This document shows, piece after piece, positions 1 through 12,050 of a stretch of DNA of 30,383 nucleotides. Position numbers and translations under genes: made by a program. The DNA is from Rhizodiscina lignyota (Eukaryota), in assembly GCA_010015805.1 (NCBI GenBank), contig ML978138.1, positions 496,001 through 526,383 of the forward strand, given 5' to 3'. The notes beneath the pieces were generated by a model. It saw nothing but the letters and a program-made list of their open reading frames with translations. It had not been told where the DNA came from and ran no database searches. Within the stretch, counting starts at the first letter, position 1. The number at the start of each line of letters is the position of its first letter.

Positions 1-1856
1 CCGACGCGTACCCAACTTATAATCGAGGACACGAAGCTGGCGTGTTCCTGCTCAATCCTGGGACCGATGAGGAATACATTGGAGATGTGTGGCCAGGGTA
101 AGTGCAACACGGATTCGCTCTCAGCTTGATATATGTTGACAATTGAGAAGATACACGGTATTTCCGGATTGGCAGGCTAGCAAAGCTGTAGAATGGTGGT
201 CCAACGAGCTTGTAAATTGGTACAAAGATATCCACTTCGATGGCATCTGGATCGACATGTCGGAAGTCAGCTCATTCTGCGTCGGCTCCTGCGGTACCGG
301 GAACTTGTCTCTCAACCCTGTCCATCCACCATTCGGTCTCCCTGGCGAACCTGGAAATAAGGTTTTTGATTACCCTGAAGGCTTCAATATCACCAATGCG
401 ACTGAGGCGGCTGCGGCTCTCTCATCTTCATCAAGTCAGGCGTCGGCAAATGCTGCGGCTACTCCTGCGGGCTCGCCAACGTCTACTACGTATCTTCGTA
501 CGACGCCGACGCCCGGCGTGAGAGACATCAATCATCCGCCGTACGTAATCAATAATGTCCAAGGCGATCTAGCAGTGCATGCTGTTAGTCCGAATGCGAC
601 ACACCACGACGGTGTTGTGGAGTATGATGTGCACAATCTCTTCGGTCATCAAATTCTCAATGCAACATACCAGGGGCTTCTCAGGTACGTAATCCTTTCC
701 AAAACCGCTTCTAGTCTCTGGATGAATAGATTTCCATTGACAATCTCTCAGCGTCTTCCCTGGCAAACGTCCATTTATCATCGGCCGGTCAACATTTGCT
801 TCAACCGGCCGCTGGGCTGGTCACTGGGGTGGCGACAATGCTAGCAAATGGTGCGTTGGCCCCTTTTCTGAGTATTTCTTGCCCACTGATAGAACCAGGT
901 ATTACATGTACTTCTCGATCCCACAGGCCCTCTCCTTCGCACTCTTTGGCATCCCCATGTTCGGCGTCGATACATGTGGCTTCAACGGCAATTCGGATTA
1001 CGAACTCTGCTCTCGTTGGATGCAGCTCAGTGCCTTCTTCCCGTTCTACAGGAACCACAACGAGAAAAGTACTAATAGCCAGGAGCCGTACATCTGGAGC
1101 TCCGTGACTACGGCTACGAAGACGGCGATGAATATTCGATACAATCTTCTACCGTACATCTACACGCTGTTCTACAACGCGCACACTAAGGGCGATACTG
1201 TCATGCGTGCTCTGGCGTGGGAGTTCCCGTCCGATCCTTCCCTCGCTAATGCGGATCGCCAGTTCTTGCTCGGTCCTTCGATCCTGGTGACGCCGGTGCT
1301 TGATCAAGGTGCAAGCAGTGTGAAAGGGGTCTTCCCAGGTGTCGGAGACGGTGAAGTCTGGTATGATTGGTACACAGGTAGTGCAGTCTCCGCCTCTCCA
1401 GGGGAGAACAAGACCATAGAGGCACCACTAGGTCATATCCCAGTCTATGTCAGAGGCGGCAGCATCCTGCCGATGCAGGAACCGGGTTACACAACCACTG
1501 AATGCAGGAAGAACCCCTGGAAACTGCTCGTTGCGCTTGATGAGCGTGGAAGTGCATCGGGAGAGGTCTACATCGATGACGGGGAGAGTTTGGAGCCGAG
1601 CGAGACTCTGTTGGTCGACTTCTCTGTGCGGAAGAATGGTCTGAGTGTCAAGGTCAAGGGGAATTACAAAGTTGAGCAGCCGCTCTCTAATGTGACGGTA
1701 TTGGGTGTCGGAAGCAAGCCTGGCAATGTCAAGTTGAACGGCAAGGCTGTTAGTGGTGTGAGCTATGAGAGCGAGAGCAAGGTCGCGTATATCACTGGCT
1801 TGGAAGATCTAACAAAGGGAGGCGCATTCAGTGGGGATTGGACGTTGAGCTGGTGA
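1..1856 (+). CDS. GH31 alpha-glucosidase, 5'-truncated by the window edge; exons <1-97, 151-684, 752-850, 899-1856
   Basis: The spliced product reads YIGDVWPG|YTVFPDW, then the nucleophile motif FDGIWIDMSE, YDVHNLFGH, KRPFIIGRSTF, the acid/base motif GHWGGDN, and ELCSRWMQLSAFFPFYRNHN. GT-AG introns at 98-150, 685-751 and 851-898 restore one frame. Stop TGA at 1854-1856. Confidence 0.95.
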
Positions 1857-2413
1857 TATTGAATCAGGGTCACAGTATTTTGCAAGCTGTTGTGGAGTCG
1901 TGATTTCTATGTGCATGCGGCAAATAATCACGACTTACAAATCTTAGTCTTGCTCTGACTTCGCTTTCACTGCCACCGTGACCGGCTCGCTCGGAGTGGG
2001 CAATGTCGACATACATTCGATCTTCACTGATGGCAAATCGGTCGACGCTTTCATCCCTGTCCAAGCCTGTAGCTCTCCTCATAGTCCGCCAAAGAAAATG
2101 TGGTTGGATCAATCTGTATTAGCAAAGATCGCCCAGCATAGCCAGACCAATACCATACCGCCCTCAAGGCAGTCCGGCTCTGCTTTAAACTTGATGTACT
2201 CCAGCAGTCTGGCCAGATGAGTTTAATGGCAGGTACAGCAGGTGAGCACTCTGCTGATCGTCATCTTTGGTACTCCGAGCTCCGCTGGAATGCCGTACGT
2301 CAACGCTTGAATGACGAATCCAACTCCGCATCGACATCCATGCTTTATTTAGTATTTAGACAGACCTTCATACGCCTCAAATATGTCCATGAGTATTGAG
2401 AAGCGATTGAACG

Positions 2414-4102
2414 ATGTCACAAACGGCTATTCAAGAGTCTATTTCAGCGCAGCCTACCGACGATGGCATCCTACTGGAGACCATCCCTGAAACCCACCGC
2501 GTTCGCTCTGTGTCAGGTGGTGCTGCAATTGAGCCTTCAGCGAGCACAGAATCGCCTTCTGAAATTCAAACGGCAGAAGATGAGACCAGATACCCAACAG
2601 GCGCGAAGTTCTGGCTGATTATGTCTTCCGTCAGTCTCGTTCTCATCTTAGGCGGTATGGACTCCTCCATCGTGGCTGTCGCTGTTCCCTCGATCACCAA
2701 CCATTTTCACACCGTACGAGATGTGGGATGGTACGCCGCAGCGTATCGACTCAGCATTTGCAGCTTTCAATTCATGTTTGGCAAGCTGTACACGCTCTTC
2801 AGTCTCAAACGGATCTTCTTGATCTCTATAATCATTTTCATGATTGGAAGCATTCTATGTGCTGCTGCACCTACAAGCGCAGCGTTCGTTGCGGGAAGAG
2901 CTGTCTGTGGCTTTGCTGGCGCCGGAATGATTTCTGGTTGCTTCGCTTCGATTGTTCATAACCTTCCGCTGCGTAGACGTCCAGTCTGGGGCTCTATCTT
3001 GGGTGCAGTGGAGGGCATCGCAGTTATTGCTTCGCCTCTCATAGGGGGAGTTATAGTGCAAAAGCTGAGCTGGCGCTGGTGTTTTTATATCAACATTCCA
3101 CTCGGAGTCGTCACTTTCGTTGCTCTGATGGGTCTGCTTGACAACATGGAGCCCGCAGAAACGCTCTCCTGGAAGCAAAAGCTCTCACATCTGGACTTGA
3201 TCGGCAATGCAGTCTTCGTCCCCGGAATCACCTGCCTCTTTCTTGCTCTCGGGTGGGCAGGAACTCGCAATCCTTGGAACTCACCGACTATCATAGCGCT
3301 GTTCATTACATTTGCTGCCCTCCTCTTTTCCTTTGCCTTTGTGCAGTACCGCAGGCAAGACGCTGCAACTCTTCCACCTCGTCTGCTGCGTAACCGCAGC
3401 GTCGTTTCTGGGTTCTTCTTCAGCCTCTGCTGCAACTCCACAATGCAAATCGTCGAGTATTATCTACCCACGTACTTTCAAACCGTACGAGAGTATACGC
3501 CAGCTAGATCGGGCATCATGATGCTGCCTATCATCATCAGCTTTCTCGTCGCGATGTTGATCCAAGGATCAGGAGTTACATTAATCGGCTATTATGTTCC
3601 GTTTATGCTCGCGGGATCAATTCTGATGCCAATATTCGCGGGACTCATGACAACGCTCCGAGTGCGTTCCAATCTTGCACAGCTCATACTATATCCCGGG
3701 TTCATGGGTTTTGCAGGCGGCATCGGATTCCAGTCTCCGCAAACAGCAGTGCAGACGTCCTTGCCTCCGAACGATGCAACCATCGGTCTTGCAATCATCA
3801 TGTTCGCGCAACAATTTGGCCCGGCAGTCTTCATCTCAGCTGCACAAAGCATCTTGACGAACCGCTTGGAAGAGAACCTCCCTGTCCTTGGCTCAGGACT
3901 GAATGTGACCAGCATCGAGAACATGGGTCTGACGGACTTGAAAATGCACATGGGAGCAGAGAAGTTGCAGGAAGTACTAAGTGGATTTGATCACAGCTTG
4001 GCGCAGACATGGTATCTTTCTGTCGCACTGGGATGCATGACGATGGTTGGGAGTCTAGGGATGGAATGGAAATCTGTGAAAAAGGAGAAGGCTCGTCAGT
4101 GA
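2414..4102 (+). CDS. MFS drug/toxin efflux transporter, DHA2 (14-TM) type, intronless, 562 aa
   Basis: One ORF with many hydrophobic spans. Motifs include MDSSIVAVAVPSITNHFH, DVGWYAAAY, FGKLYTLFSLKRIFL, GRAVCGFAGAG, LSWRWCFYINIPLG, YYLPTYFQ and the C-terminal GMEWKSVK, all typical of fungal DHA2 pumps. Confidence 0.93.
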   Translation: MSQTAIQESISAQPTDDGILLETIPETHRVRSVSGGAAIEPSASTESPSEIQTAEDETRYPTGAKFWLIMSSVSLVLILGGMDSSIVAVAVPSITNHFHTVRDVGWYAAAYRLSICSFQFMFGKLYTLFSLKRIFLISIIIFMIGSILCAAAPTSAAFVAGRAVCGFAGAGMISGCFASIVHNLPLRRRPVWGSILGAVEGIAVIASPLIGGVIVQKLSWRWCFYINIPLGVVTFVALMGLLDNMEPAETLSWKQKLSHLDLIGNAVFVPGITCLFLALGWAGTRNPWNSPTIIALFITFAALLFSFAFVQYRRQDAATLPPRLLRNRSVVSGFFFSLCCNSTMQIVEYYLPTYFQTVREYTPARSGIMMLPIIISFLVAMLIQGSGVTLIGYYVPFMLAGSILMPIFAGLMTTLRVRSNLAQLILYPGFMGFAGGIGFQSPQTAVQTSLPPNDATIGLAIIMFAQQFGPAVFISAAQSILTNRLEENLPVLGSGLNVTSIENMGLTDLKMHMGAEKLQEVLSGFDHSLAQTWYLSVALGCMTMVGSLGMEWKSVKKEKARQ

Positions 4103-4543
4103 GCAAACAGAGATATCGTTCGAGTGCGCAGACAATGGTCAAGACAATATAACAGAGCACCAGTGACAGGCACTGCTGGCTCGACGACTTGGCGCACATT
4201 CCACTACTATTGTCAGGGGCTCAGATGCTCACGCCAGGCTGAGCTACTACTATGAGCACTTGCGTTAAATGGTGAACTTGGAGACGAGCTGTGAAAAGGA
4301 AAAATCGGAATTTTGTCGGCCCAAGCCCATACCATAGCAGATGGGCCCGGCGAAAGCTTTGACAACCTCCAGTTTCGTTTCATCACGGTCTTGTAACTGG
4401 TTAATCACCTTAAGACCTAAGCTATTCGGTTACACAAGCAGAAGATCGTTACGACTACAAAACTTTTCGTTAGACCGAGTTCATGATTTCAGACCCTTTT
4501 CCATATTACGCCTCCTGTGGCGGTCATTCCTGACAAGACCGCT

Positions 4544-6949
4544 TCAATGCCTTCGACGCTTGCTTGGTAGGGCGAGCTTGTGCTGCTCTTGCTCCCCATC
4601 CGCATCGTCCTCATCAAGTTCAACCATCACATTACCCTTAGGCCGAGCAACATCCTCCGCCAGTTCGAAAATGAAATCGTCCACCGCAGCCTCGACGTCT
4701 TCATCGTCTTCGTCCTCCTCCTCATCATCAGCTTCATCCCTGCCTCTACTGTTCTCAGCTACACTCCTGCTCCTCTTCCTCGAACTCCTTCCCTCAGTGT
4801 CCTCGGCCGCGGAAGCAGCCTCACTCTCGAAATTGCCAGCCGCTTCCTCAAGATGCATCGCCGCGTCAACCATGCTATTCCCCTGCTCATAGCCTCGCAG
4901 TGGCCGATGATTCATCGTCTGCTTCTTCAACGCCTGTCTCTCCTTCTCGTCCGCGATGCCTTCCAAGACGCGGATCTGCCGCCGCCACTTCTTAGGATCG
5001 CGATCCGGATCAAATTTACTGACTTCTTGGCCGTTGAGCGTCTCCACGCCAAGCGAGTCTGCGCGGTGCTCGCCCCAGAACCAAGTCTTGCCTTCCAAGA
5101 TGCGCTTGTCGTGCTTTTCACTGTAGGCTCTTCCGTCGATAATGCCGTCTAAGCCAACTGAAAGGTTGGTAGCGTCGGGAGGGAGCCACTTTTCCATTGC
5201 ATCGGTTTCGTAGCAACGCCCCATGATGCGGAAGAACGGTACTTCTAGTTTCTTGTTTTGCGGATGTCGTAGATACCACTCTGTAGAATATTCGGCAAAC
5301 GCTTCGAGCCCATGATCCGCAGGGTCGATCTCCTCTTCGTCATACGCTTTTGATATGTCTGTCGTAAACGTCTTGCCAGTGATGTGTACCGAAAGGTTGT
5401 AAGGATGTCTGTCATCATTATCGTTATCGCTCGCCTCATCCAATCGTTGCAGCCTGAGTTTGATGCTGCTGATGCGCATAATATCTGAAATGGTTTCTTC
5501 TCCAACTTTCCTTAGTCGTACCACATCCCCAGCAATAATGAGCTCGCTTCCAATGTAGATACCTCTGCAAGAAATAGCTGCCGTTGGCCATGTGCCTGAG
5601 AAGTGGAACTTGTCTCTGAGAGAAAATGACGACATCGTTTTCATGGCATTCACGATTGACGTATGCCAAGTTCCCTGCTTGAGGTTCTGAAGAATCTGCT
5701 GCCAGAAAACGAAAGGTCGCATTTGTGAGACAGGGACGTATTTGTGCCGCTTTGAGAGGCTCTTGTCCGCGCTGTTTGGGTCTGGCAGCGGCTCCACACG
5801 GAATCCAGAATAATTGACTTGATATTCATGATGGTTTTCGGTCTCTTGCAGAAGATCGTCAATTTCCAGCTCATCCATAGAAGTCAGGGTAACGACACCG
5901 GCCTCCCAAGCAGGCAATGATCCTTGCTTCCCATCTTCACTGGAGCGTATGCGATACGTACGCGTCGGTGCGTGATATCCAATGGACTGGCCTTCCTTGA
6001 GTGTCCGCACAAAGAGAACGATTTCGCCCACTCGCGGTACCCAGCCCGGTTGCCGAGATATTTCATCAAGCTGATTAGTCGATTGTTCATGCTCGGCGCG
6101 CCAATCCATACTAAACTGCTCCGTGATCGGGACGTCCATGCTACCAGCCTTCTTCAGGCGATCGATGAGTATGCGATACACATCCGGAGTGCCCTCTTCA
6201 TCTGTTGGTCCAGTTGGCGCGGGTTTGGAAATGATCTTTCTCGGGCCACTCTTTCCTGGGGGCCGATTACGTGCTACGTTAAACTTCAGTATATTATCGC
6301 AACGATGATCATGCTGTCAAATTTTACTTACGCTTAGCTGTAGGGGCCGTTGTCGTTTGCTTCTCCCCAGCGGTTGAACCCGTACTGGCTCTACCCATAC
6401 GACTTTTCCCTGCGCTTCCAAGACAGACCGTGCAGTTGCAGCCAATATTGCTACCGTCATTATCCAAAAGGTGAATGAAATGCGGAAGGAACCGATTTGG
6501 TGAATCGAACCATTTATGGCCAGGATATCCGTAGAGCCAACGATCGGTCTTTTTCAAGTATTAGCATAGCATGAAGAAAATCAATCGTGGAATCAGACCC
6601 TACCGACCTGGGCACCGTTTGCACGCGTCTTCTCGTAGACCTCATATCCAGTGGGAAGCTTTTTCAGAAAATAGCGCATGCCTATGGTAGCAGTCAGATA
6701 TTGAGTCGCGTAAGATGGATGCATGCATCGAGCAAGGGCAAGGAATGGAATGAACATATAAGAATAGCGCACTATCTTTCCCTACTCACCAGGCTTAGCT
6801 TTGCCCCGATGTTTCATCCAGCCGGTACCCAACTTCTCCAGATAGATATTTGGGGGGTTGCAGAGCTTGTACTGAGCCCCTTCAGGCCTATGTGTCGGGT
6901 CTCCATCAGACGCGTCGGGCGCGTCGACGATGACGATATTGCTATTCAT
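4544..6949 (-). CDS. clr2: Clr2 (cryptic loci regulator 2)-family transcription-silencing protein, about 726 aa; exons 6949-6790, 6681-6608, 6548-6332, 6273-4544
   Basis: Three GT-AG introns (6789-6682, 6607-6549, 6331-6274) join an N-terminal region (SDGD...YLEKLGTGW...LPTGYEVYE...DRWLYGYP...FDSPNRFLPHFIHL...CNCTVC) to DEEGTPDVYR, WVPRVGEIVLF, WEAGVVT, SGFRVEPLPDPN and GIYIGSELIIAGDVVRL. These match the Clr2 domains as I recognise them. The C-terminus is acidic and ends in an NLS-like KRRRH. Confidence 0.85.
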
Positions 6950-7915
6950 CGTGTTTGACGTTGCTTTAAGAAAGGCTGGAGGAAATTTGAAGAGTGGCAG
7001 GAGTTAAAATTCTCGTGGCATGTTTTCACGTGCGACGTATGCTCTGGCGAATGAGGGGGTTGCTCGTGAAAGAAAATGTGATACGGAGGTTGAAAATCAC
7101 TCACCAAAACCAAGTCGCTTTCACCGTGTGTTTGCACCTCCTGCACTTCCACGGCGCATCCTGAAGTGCCCCAGAACATGCAGACGTGGAGCAAGCACTC
7201 CAATGCTCCGAATGCTCGTATGGGGTGTGCAGTGGCATGCACAAGACAAGATCTCGATGCTGCGAGATGGTGATGTTGCAGGGGCTGCAGGAGAAGGCGC
7301 ACGGCCGCCCAACCTCGTCCCCCACCGGCGGTGACTAGTAGGTGGTGACTACGCAAGCAGGACGTGCGCGCACAATCCTTCGGCCAGGAACGCGAGCGAA
7401 GCGCAGCAAAAGGCAGGGAACTTTGTTTCCGACTGCCCTCGCCCTCCACATATGCTCTAGCGCCCGACGCCTTCGATATTCGCTATGCCCAGTCGAGCAG
7501 CAGCACAGTGCACATCTATCGGATGCTCAGGTCATGCTCTACTGATTCGTGCCAACCTTGACCCTGTGCCAATCGACCTTCTCTCAGGGACAACCTCTCT
7601 TTGCTTCCATTGTTCTCCTCCTCTCGTTGTTGCGCTCCTTCTGTATAGTTTTGTATTCTTATCCACACCTTCATTCATTCTCTATACGCCGCGCATTCAT
7701 TACGACGCTTCTAGTGCCTTCGTACCACGACATTTCGTCACTTCAGCTGCAGCGTTCCGAGCGTCCAACGGCGGAGGTTATCGTCCTCTCCGCACCTCGA
7801 CACTTGTCGAGGACTTCCGACGTTCGATCAGTTATAAACATGTCGCGTCCAATTCTTCTTCGGTAGCACCAGTCACAACATCAAGGCCCTGTCAATTGGC
7901 ACCGTCGCAGCCACC

Positions 7916-9131
7916 ATGTCAGGCCAAATCCCAAAGTACCCTCCAGCGGCACTGTCAGACGAGCCAATGCCAAAGCGAATTTCAACGCCTGCCGGAGACC
8001 GCCTGTCGACAATCATAGAGGGCGGCGGTGCCTCGCATCTGTCACGTTCAACAAGATCATCTTCGAGGCTATCCATGAATAGGGTGAGCGCTGGCTTGGG
8101 CTTACCACCTCGAGAAAGCCACGAGCAGTCTTACACGACCATCTGGTCCGATGCGAATCTCCCAGTGCGCGACTCGGAGAAGGTCGACCGGAGCTGGAGG
8201 GACGATAATTTCTTTCTACGAAGAGGTGGATGGAAACGCTTAATACTTTTAATTCTAATATTCGTAATCATCATCGTTGGCGTAGTATTGGGCCTTGTCT
8301 TTGGATTGAAGAGTCGCAATTCCAAGTAAGTCTGCTTATCTAAATTGATGTTCCACATGCTCATCCGACAGCAGACAAAGTGCGCCTCCGAGCACAAAGA
8401 CCAATGCAGACACAACACCGACATCTTCATTTTCGTCATCTTCTTCCGGGTCTTCGAGCGATCCCGATCCAACTCCAACGCACACGGCCGCAGCCGCTCC
8501 CAGCGCTTCCAGCACACCATCCAAGTTCCCAATCGGAACGTACTCCATGGTCACCTATCTCTCAACCGTACAAACGAACTGCACCTCCAACCCCGATACC
8601 TGGACCTGTTTCCCCTACAGCACCTACGGCGAAAACCAAGCGAAATCCATGACGACCTTCAACTGGAACATCACCGCAGGCTCCTCTCCCGACACCTACA
8701 AGATCTCCTCCACCGACGACCCCTTCTCCGTATCCTTCTCCAACGTCGACCTCAACATTGTCGACAAAGGCCAAGCCAGCGAGCACTACATGTTCCAGCT
8801 CACTTACGACAAGCAAGTCCAACCCAGCGCAAGCCTGACAGACGACGATGCCACCACGACCTGCTTCTACAACGCCACGACGTTCCAGAGTTACTTGTAC
8901 ACCCAAATGGCGAAGGATTACCCATCGTCTGGCATTAAAGATGCCAACGCATCATACACAGAATGGCCCTTTGCCATGAGGGTCGAGGAAGTCGCCGGGG
9001 GCGGAGACAACGTGCCGAATTGCTACAAGACGAACAACAACGTGGTCGGAGATCAGATCGACTCCGACTCGCTTAAACCGCAAGCAGGCGGAGAATTGTG
9101 CGACTGCCTGTACTTGAACTGGTTCCCATAA
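7916..9131 (+). CDS. Conserved fungal single-pass (type II) membrane protein with a Ser/Thr linker and Cys-rich extracellular domain, about 389 aa; exons 7916-8325, 8372-9131
   Basis: Start context CCACCATG. The TM segment RRGGWKRLILLILIFVIIIVGVVLGLVFGL is followed by an intron at 8326-8371 (GTAAGT...CAG), an S/T/P-rich stalk, and FPIGTYSMVTYL...CTSNPDTWTCFPY...WPFAMRVE...CDCLYLN. Function unknown. Confidence 0.8.
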
Positions 9132-9807
9132 CGGCCGTTCATTCGATTTCTCGTTATCACATGTGCTACTACACGCCGAAGCACATCTCGCGCGATCTTT
9201 CATTTACATCGCTCTTTGCCATATACCCTTTAGCTCATTGATGTACGATAGCGACACCTCAGGCGGATTACCTTATGGGCGTTCCAACATTTTGCTTTTC
9301 GGACGGGGAAAATCACTGCCACGGCAGAATGGCAACAACAAGGAGTTTTACGAAGTCCACAGTAGATACAAGAGTATAAATAAATGATAATATAATTCTG
9401 AGACAGAACATCTTCAGTTGTCGAAGTGTCGGTGTGATGGTGACAGGGGGAGCTAGCCTGGATGAGGCTCAAAAGTCCTGGTCGCGAGTGCATATTGCCC
9501 TGGCCCCTGTCGAAGGGTCCCTGCCCACCTGCGTCATATAGCCGTGCGCGCACTACCTATCTCCTCGAGCTCCACCCCGTTAGCTTTCTTTTGGCGTGCC
9601 TGCAGAGCTCTCAACGTCCTCGTTTCAATATAGCCTTCAACAATTTTAAGAACACTGACTTGCTTCAATTGCTCTCACGCACCTGGGATTTCATTTCAAA
9701 AATCTCCAATTGCGAGCAGTTGCTGCGTAGATACAGCTACCTGAATATTCGCCACCGAAGACTTCAGCAAACCCACCACCTCAACATCTCCCTCCCAGCT
9801 CGTCAAG

Positions 9808-10463
9808 ATGCTCCGCTGGTATCAACTGCAATTGCGCACCCGCCCTCTACTCACCCAGAGCATCACCACAGCTGTAAATGCCCCCTAACACCCAATCCCA
9901 ACTCGCCTTATCTACCCAACCTCCACCCAAACTGACAACCCTGCTCACGCCCACGCTCACAGTTCCTCTTCGCAACCGGCGACGTCCTCGCACAGCAATT
10001 CGTCGAAGGCCGCAGCCCCGAAACACACCACTTCCCACGGACAGCGCGCATGGCGGCGTACGGCGGGCTGGTGTTCGGGCCCGCGGCGACGCTGTGGTAC
10101 TCGAAGTGCCTGACGCGCATCAACCTGTCGTCGACGCCGCTGACGATCGCGGCGCGCGTCACGGCCGACCAGACGGTGTTCGCGACGACCAACCTGTTCG
10201 TGTTCCTGTCGAGCATGAGCGTGCTCGAGGGCACGGACCCGAAGGAGAAGCTGCGGCGCAACTACGTCGAGGCGCTGAAGAAGAACTGGATGGTGTGGCC
10301 GGCGGTGCAGGTGGGCAACTTTGCGTTCGTGCCGCTGGAGCATCGCGTGCTGGTGGTGAACGTGGTCAGCATTGGGTGGAACTGCTATCTGAGCTACATT
10401 AATAGCCAGGGCGGGTACGAGGCGGCGGACGATGATGAGAAGGTGCCAGATGTGGTGAAATAG
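9808..10463 (+). CDS. SYM1: Mpv17/PMP22-family mitochondrial inner-membrane protein SYM1, 188 aa; exons 9808-9873, 9963-10463
   Basis: Reads MLRWYQ...RPLLTQSITTA|FLFATGDVLAQQ...RTARMAAYGG...ADQTVFA...NWMVWPAVQVGNFAFVPLEHRVLVVNVVSIGWNCYLS. Intron 9874-9962 has a CTGAC branch site. Confidence 0.93.
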
Positions 10464-11892
10464 CTCGGGTGAGATGGAGATATTAAACACAATATTACTG
10501 GTGGTTCGGTCACATCAGAGAGGAAGCGAGATCGCATCGGTGGATGATGGCGATGGTCAGGGAGAAGACGTTTCCCGTCTTGAACGATTGATGGATGCTG
10601 TTTGTGGACAGCATCGTCAGGGCAGTGCCTCCGATGCGGAGGAAGCGCGAGCTGGACGAATGATGGGAAAGTCTCTGGAGACAACTCTGTACATATGCGA
10701 CTGTACCTCATGAGTAGTGGTACATGCGCCGAATCGTGACGTACATCGATTTCATGACAGCTATTAACGACGAGATCTATCTATACTGTGTCATCATCAT
10801 CTTCTTCTGATTCCAATTAATCCAACAGAAGCGAGCAAACTCACACAAGTCTTCGCAGACATTCGCGTATCCAGTTGCAGAGGAACAATACGAATAATAC
10901 GAGGCAGCAGTCATCAAAGCATCACACAGGCGCGCAAATCATCAAATGTTTTAAGAAAGAGTCTTCGATTCCCACTGCATGAATCATGAGGCGGCAACTG
11001 CTCGCCTCGCTAACTTCCACTTTTGTTGTGCACCGGCAAAGCCCCGTCGTCCATCCATGCCATTGAAGACTCAGAAAGAGGAGAACACCTTGCTGCATGG
11101 GGGGCGTCATTGCCGCTTGTAGAAGAAAACCAGAGAGAGAGAAAAGGGGAAAGAAGCCTTCATGCCGCCGCTGATTCGATTCAATCGCTAATCCACGCAA
11201 CCCAGATGCCAAGCACAAAAAAGTCATTTGAATTGGGGGGAAGAGAAGTGAAGGCCTCCTGCAGAAAGAGCATCCGTCGATTTTTGAAAAAGTGGCCCAA
11301 GGGCATTCCTGCATCGCTTGTGTGACCGCAAACCGCCTTTGGCTGGAGAAAGCCCGTCCAGCCATCAATCCGCAGTAGTTGTACAGACGAAAAGTTTGAA
11401 TCGCACTAAAGAAAGAGCAGGGGGGGCAGGCCGTCGCTGATTTTTCTCTATCCTCCCAGAAGACAACTCAGAAATAAGGAAAAGGGTGTGTCGATCGAAA
11501 AACCAGTGGTGCAGGTGTACGTGTGTCGGAATGAAAGTCGTGGTGCTGTGCTGAAAGGGAGAGTCGATGAGGGGGGAAATGGTGAAAGGGAATCGTTGGT
11601 GTGCCAAAACTTTTTAACCATGCCAAGAGTCGCCGGTTCATTAGGGTATGCAGATGGAGCACAATTGGCCTGAGGAAGGTCCACCGGGAGGGCATGACAT
11701 GCATCGGAGCTTGTTCGGTAGTTGACGCACCCTGATGCAGTGCTAGCAAGATCCGTCGCAACGACCTCGCTCGAAGGACTCGCCACGGCGTCCCACATCC
11801 TGAATGATCTCCTTCCGCCTCGTTACGCAGTAATCACAAGTGCAGGCGCATGTTCGCAAGTCGCAAATGCAGAAGCAAGGCGGCTCACGCGG

Positions 11893-12050
11893 ATCCAGGC
11901 GCTCCTTCAATCACTGGAATATATCAAAATCTCATGCGAAAAATTTGGGGCTTTGGATCTTACCACTTCCTGGCCTCCATACAGGAGCTCCTGCAATTAC
12001 TGCAATTCGTCAAATTCTCAAGCATGAAAGTTTTGGAGTTCGATCTTACC
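11893..12050. repeat. Diverged tandem duplication (72-nt units, 86-nt period) of the terminal intron + stop-codon acceptor of the RRM gene
   Basis: 11893-11964 and 11979-12050 align without gaps at 53/72 identities by my hand count. On the minus strand each unit has a GTAAGATC donor, a 50-nt intron, CAG-stop, and a second AG 9 nt further on. Confidence 0.85.
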
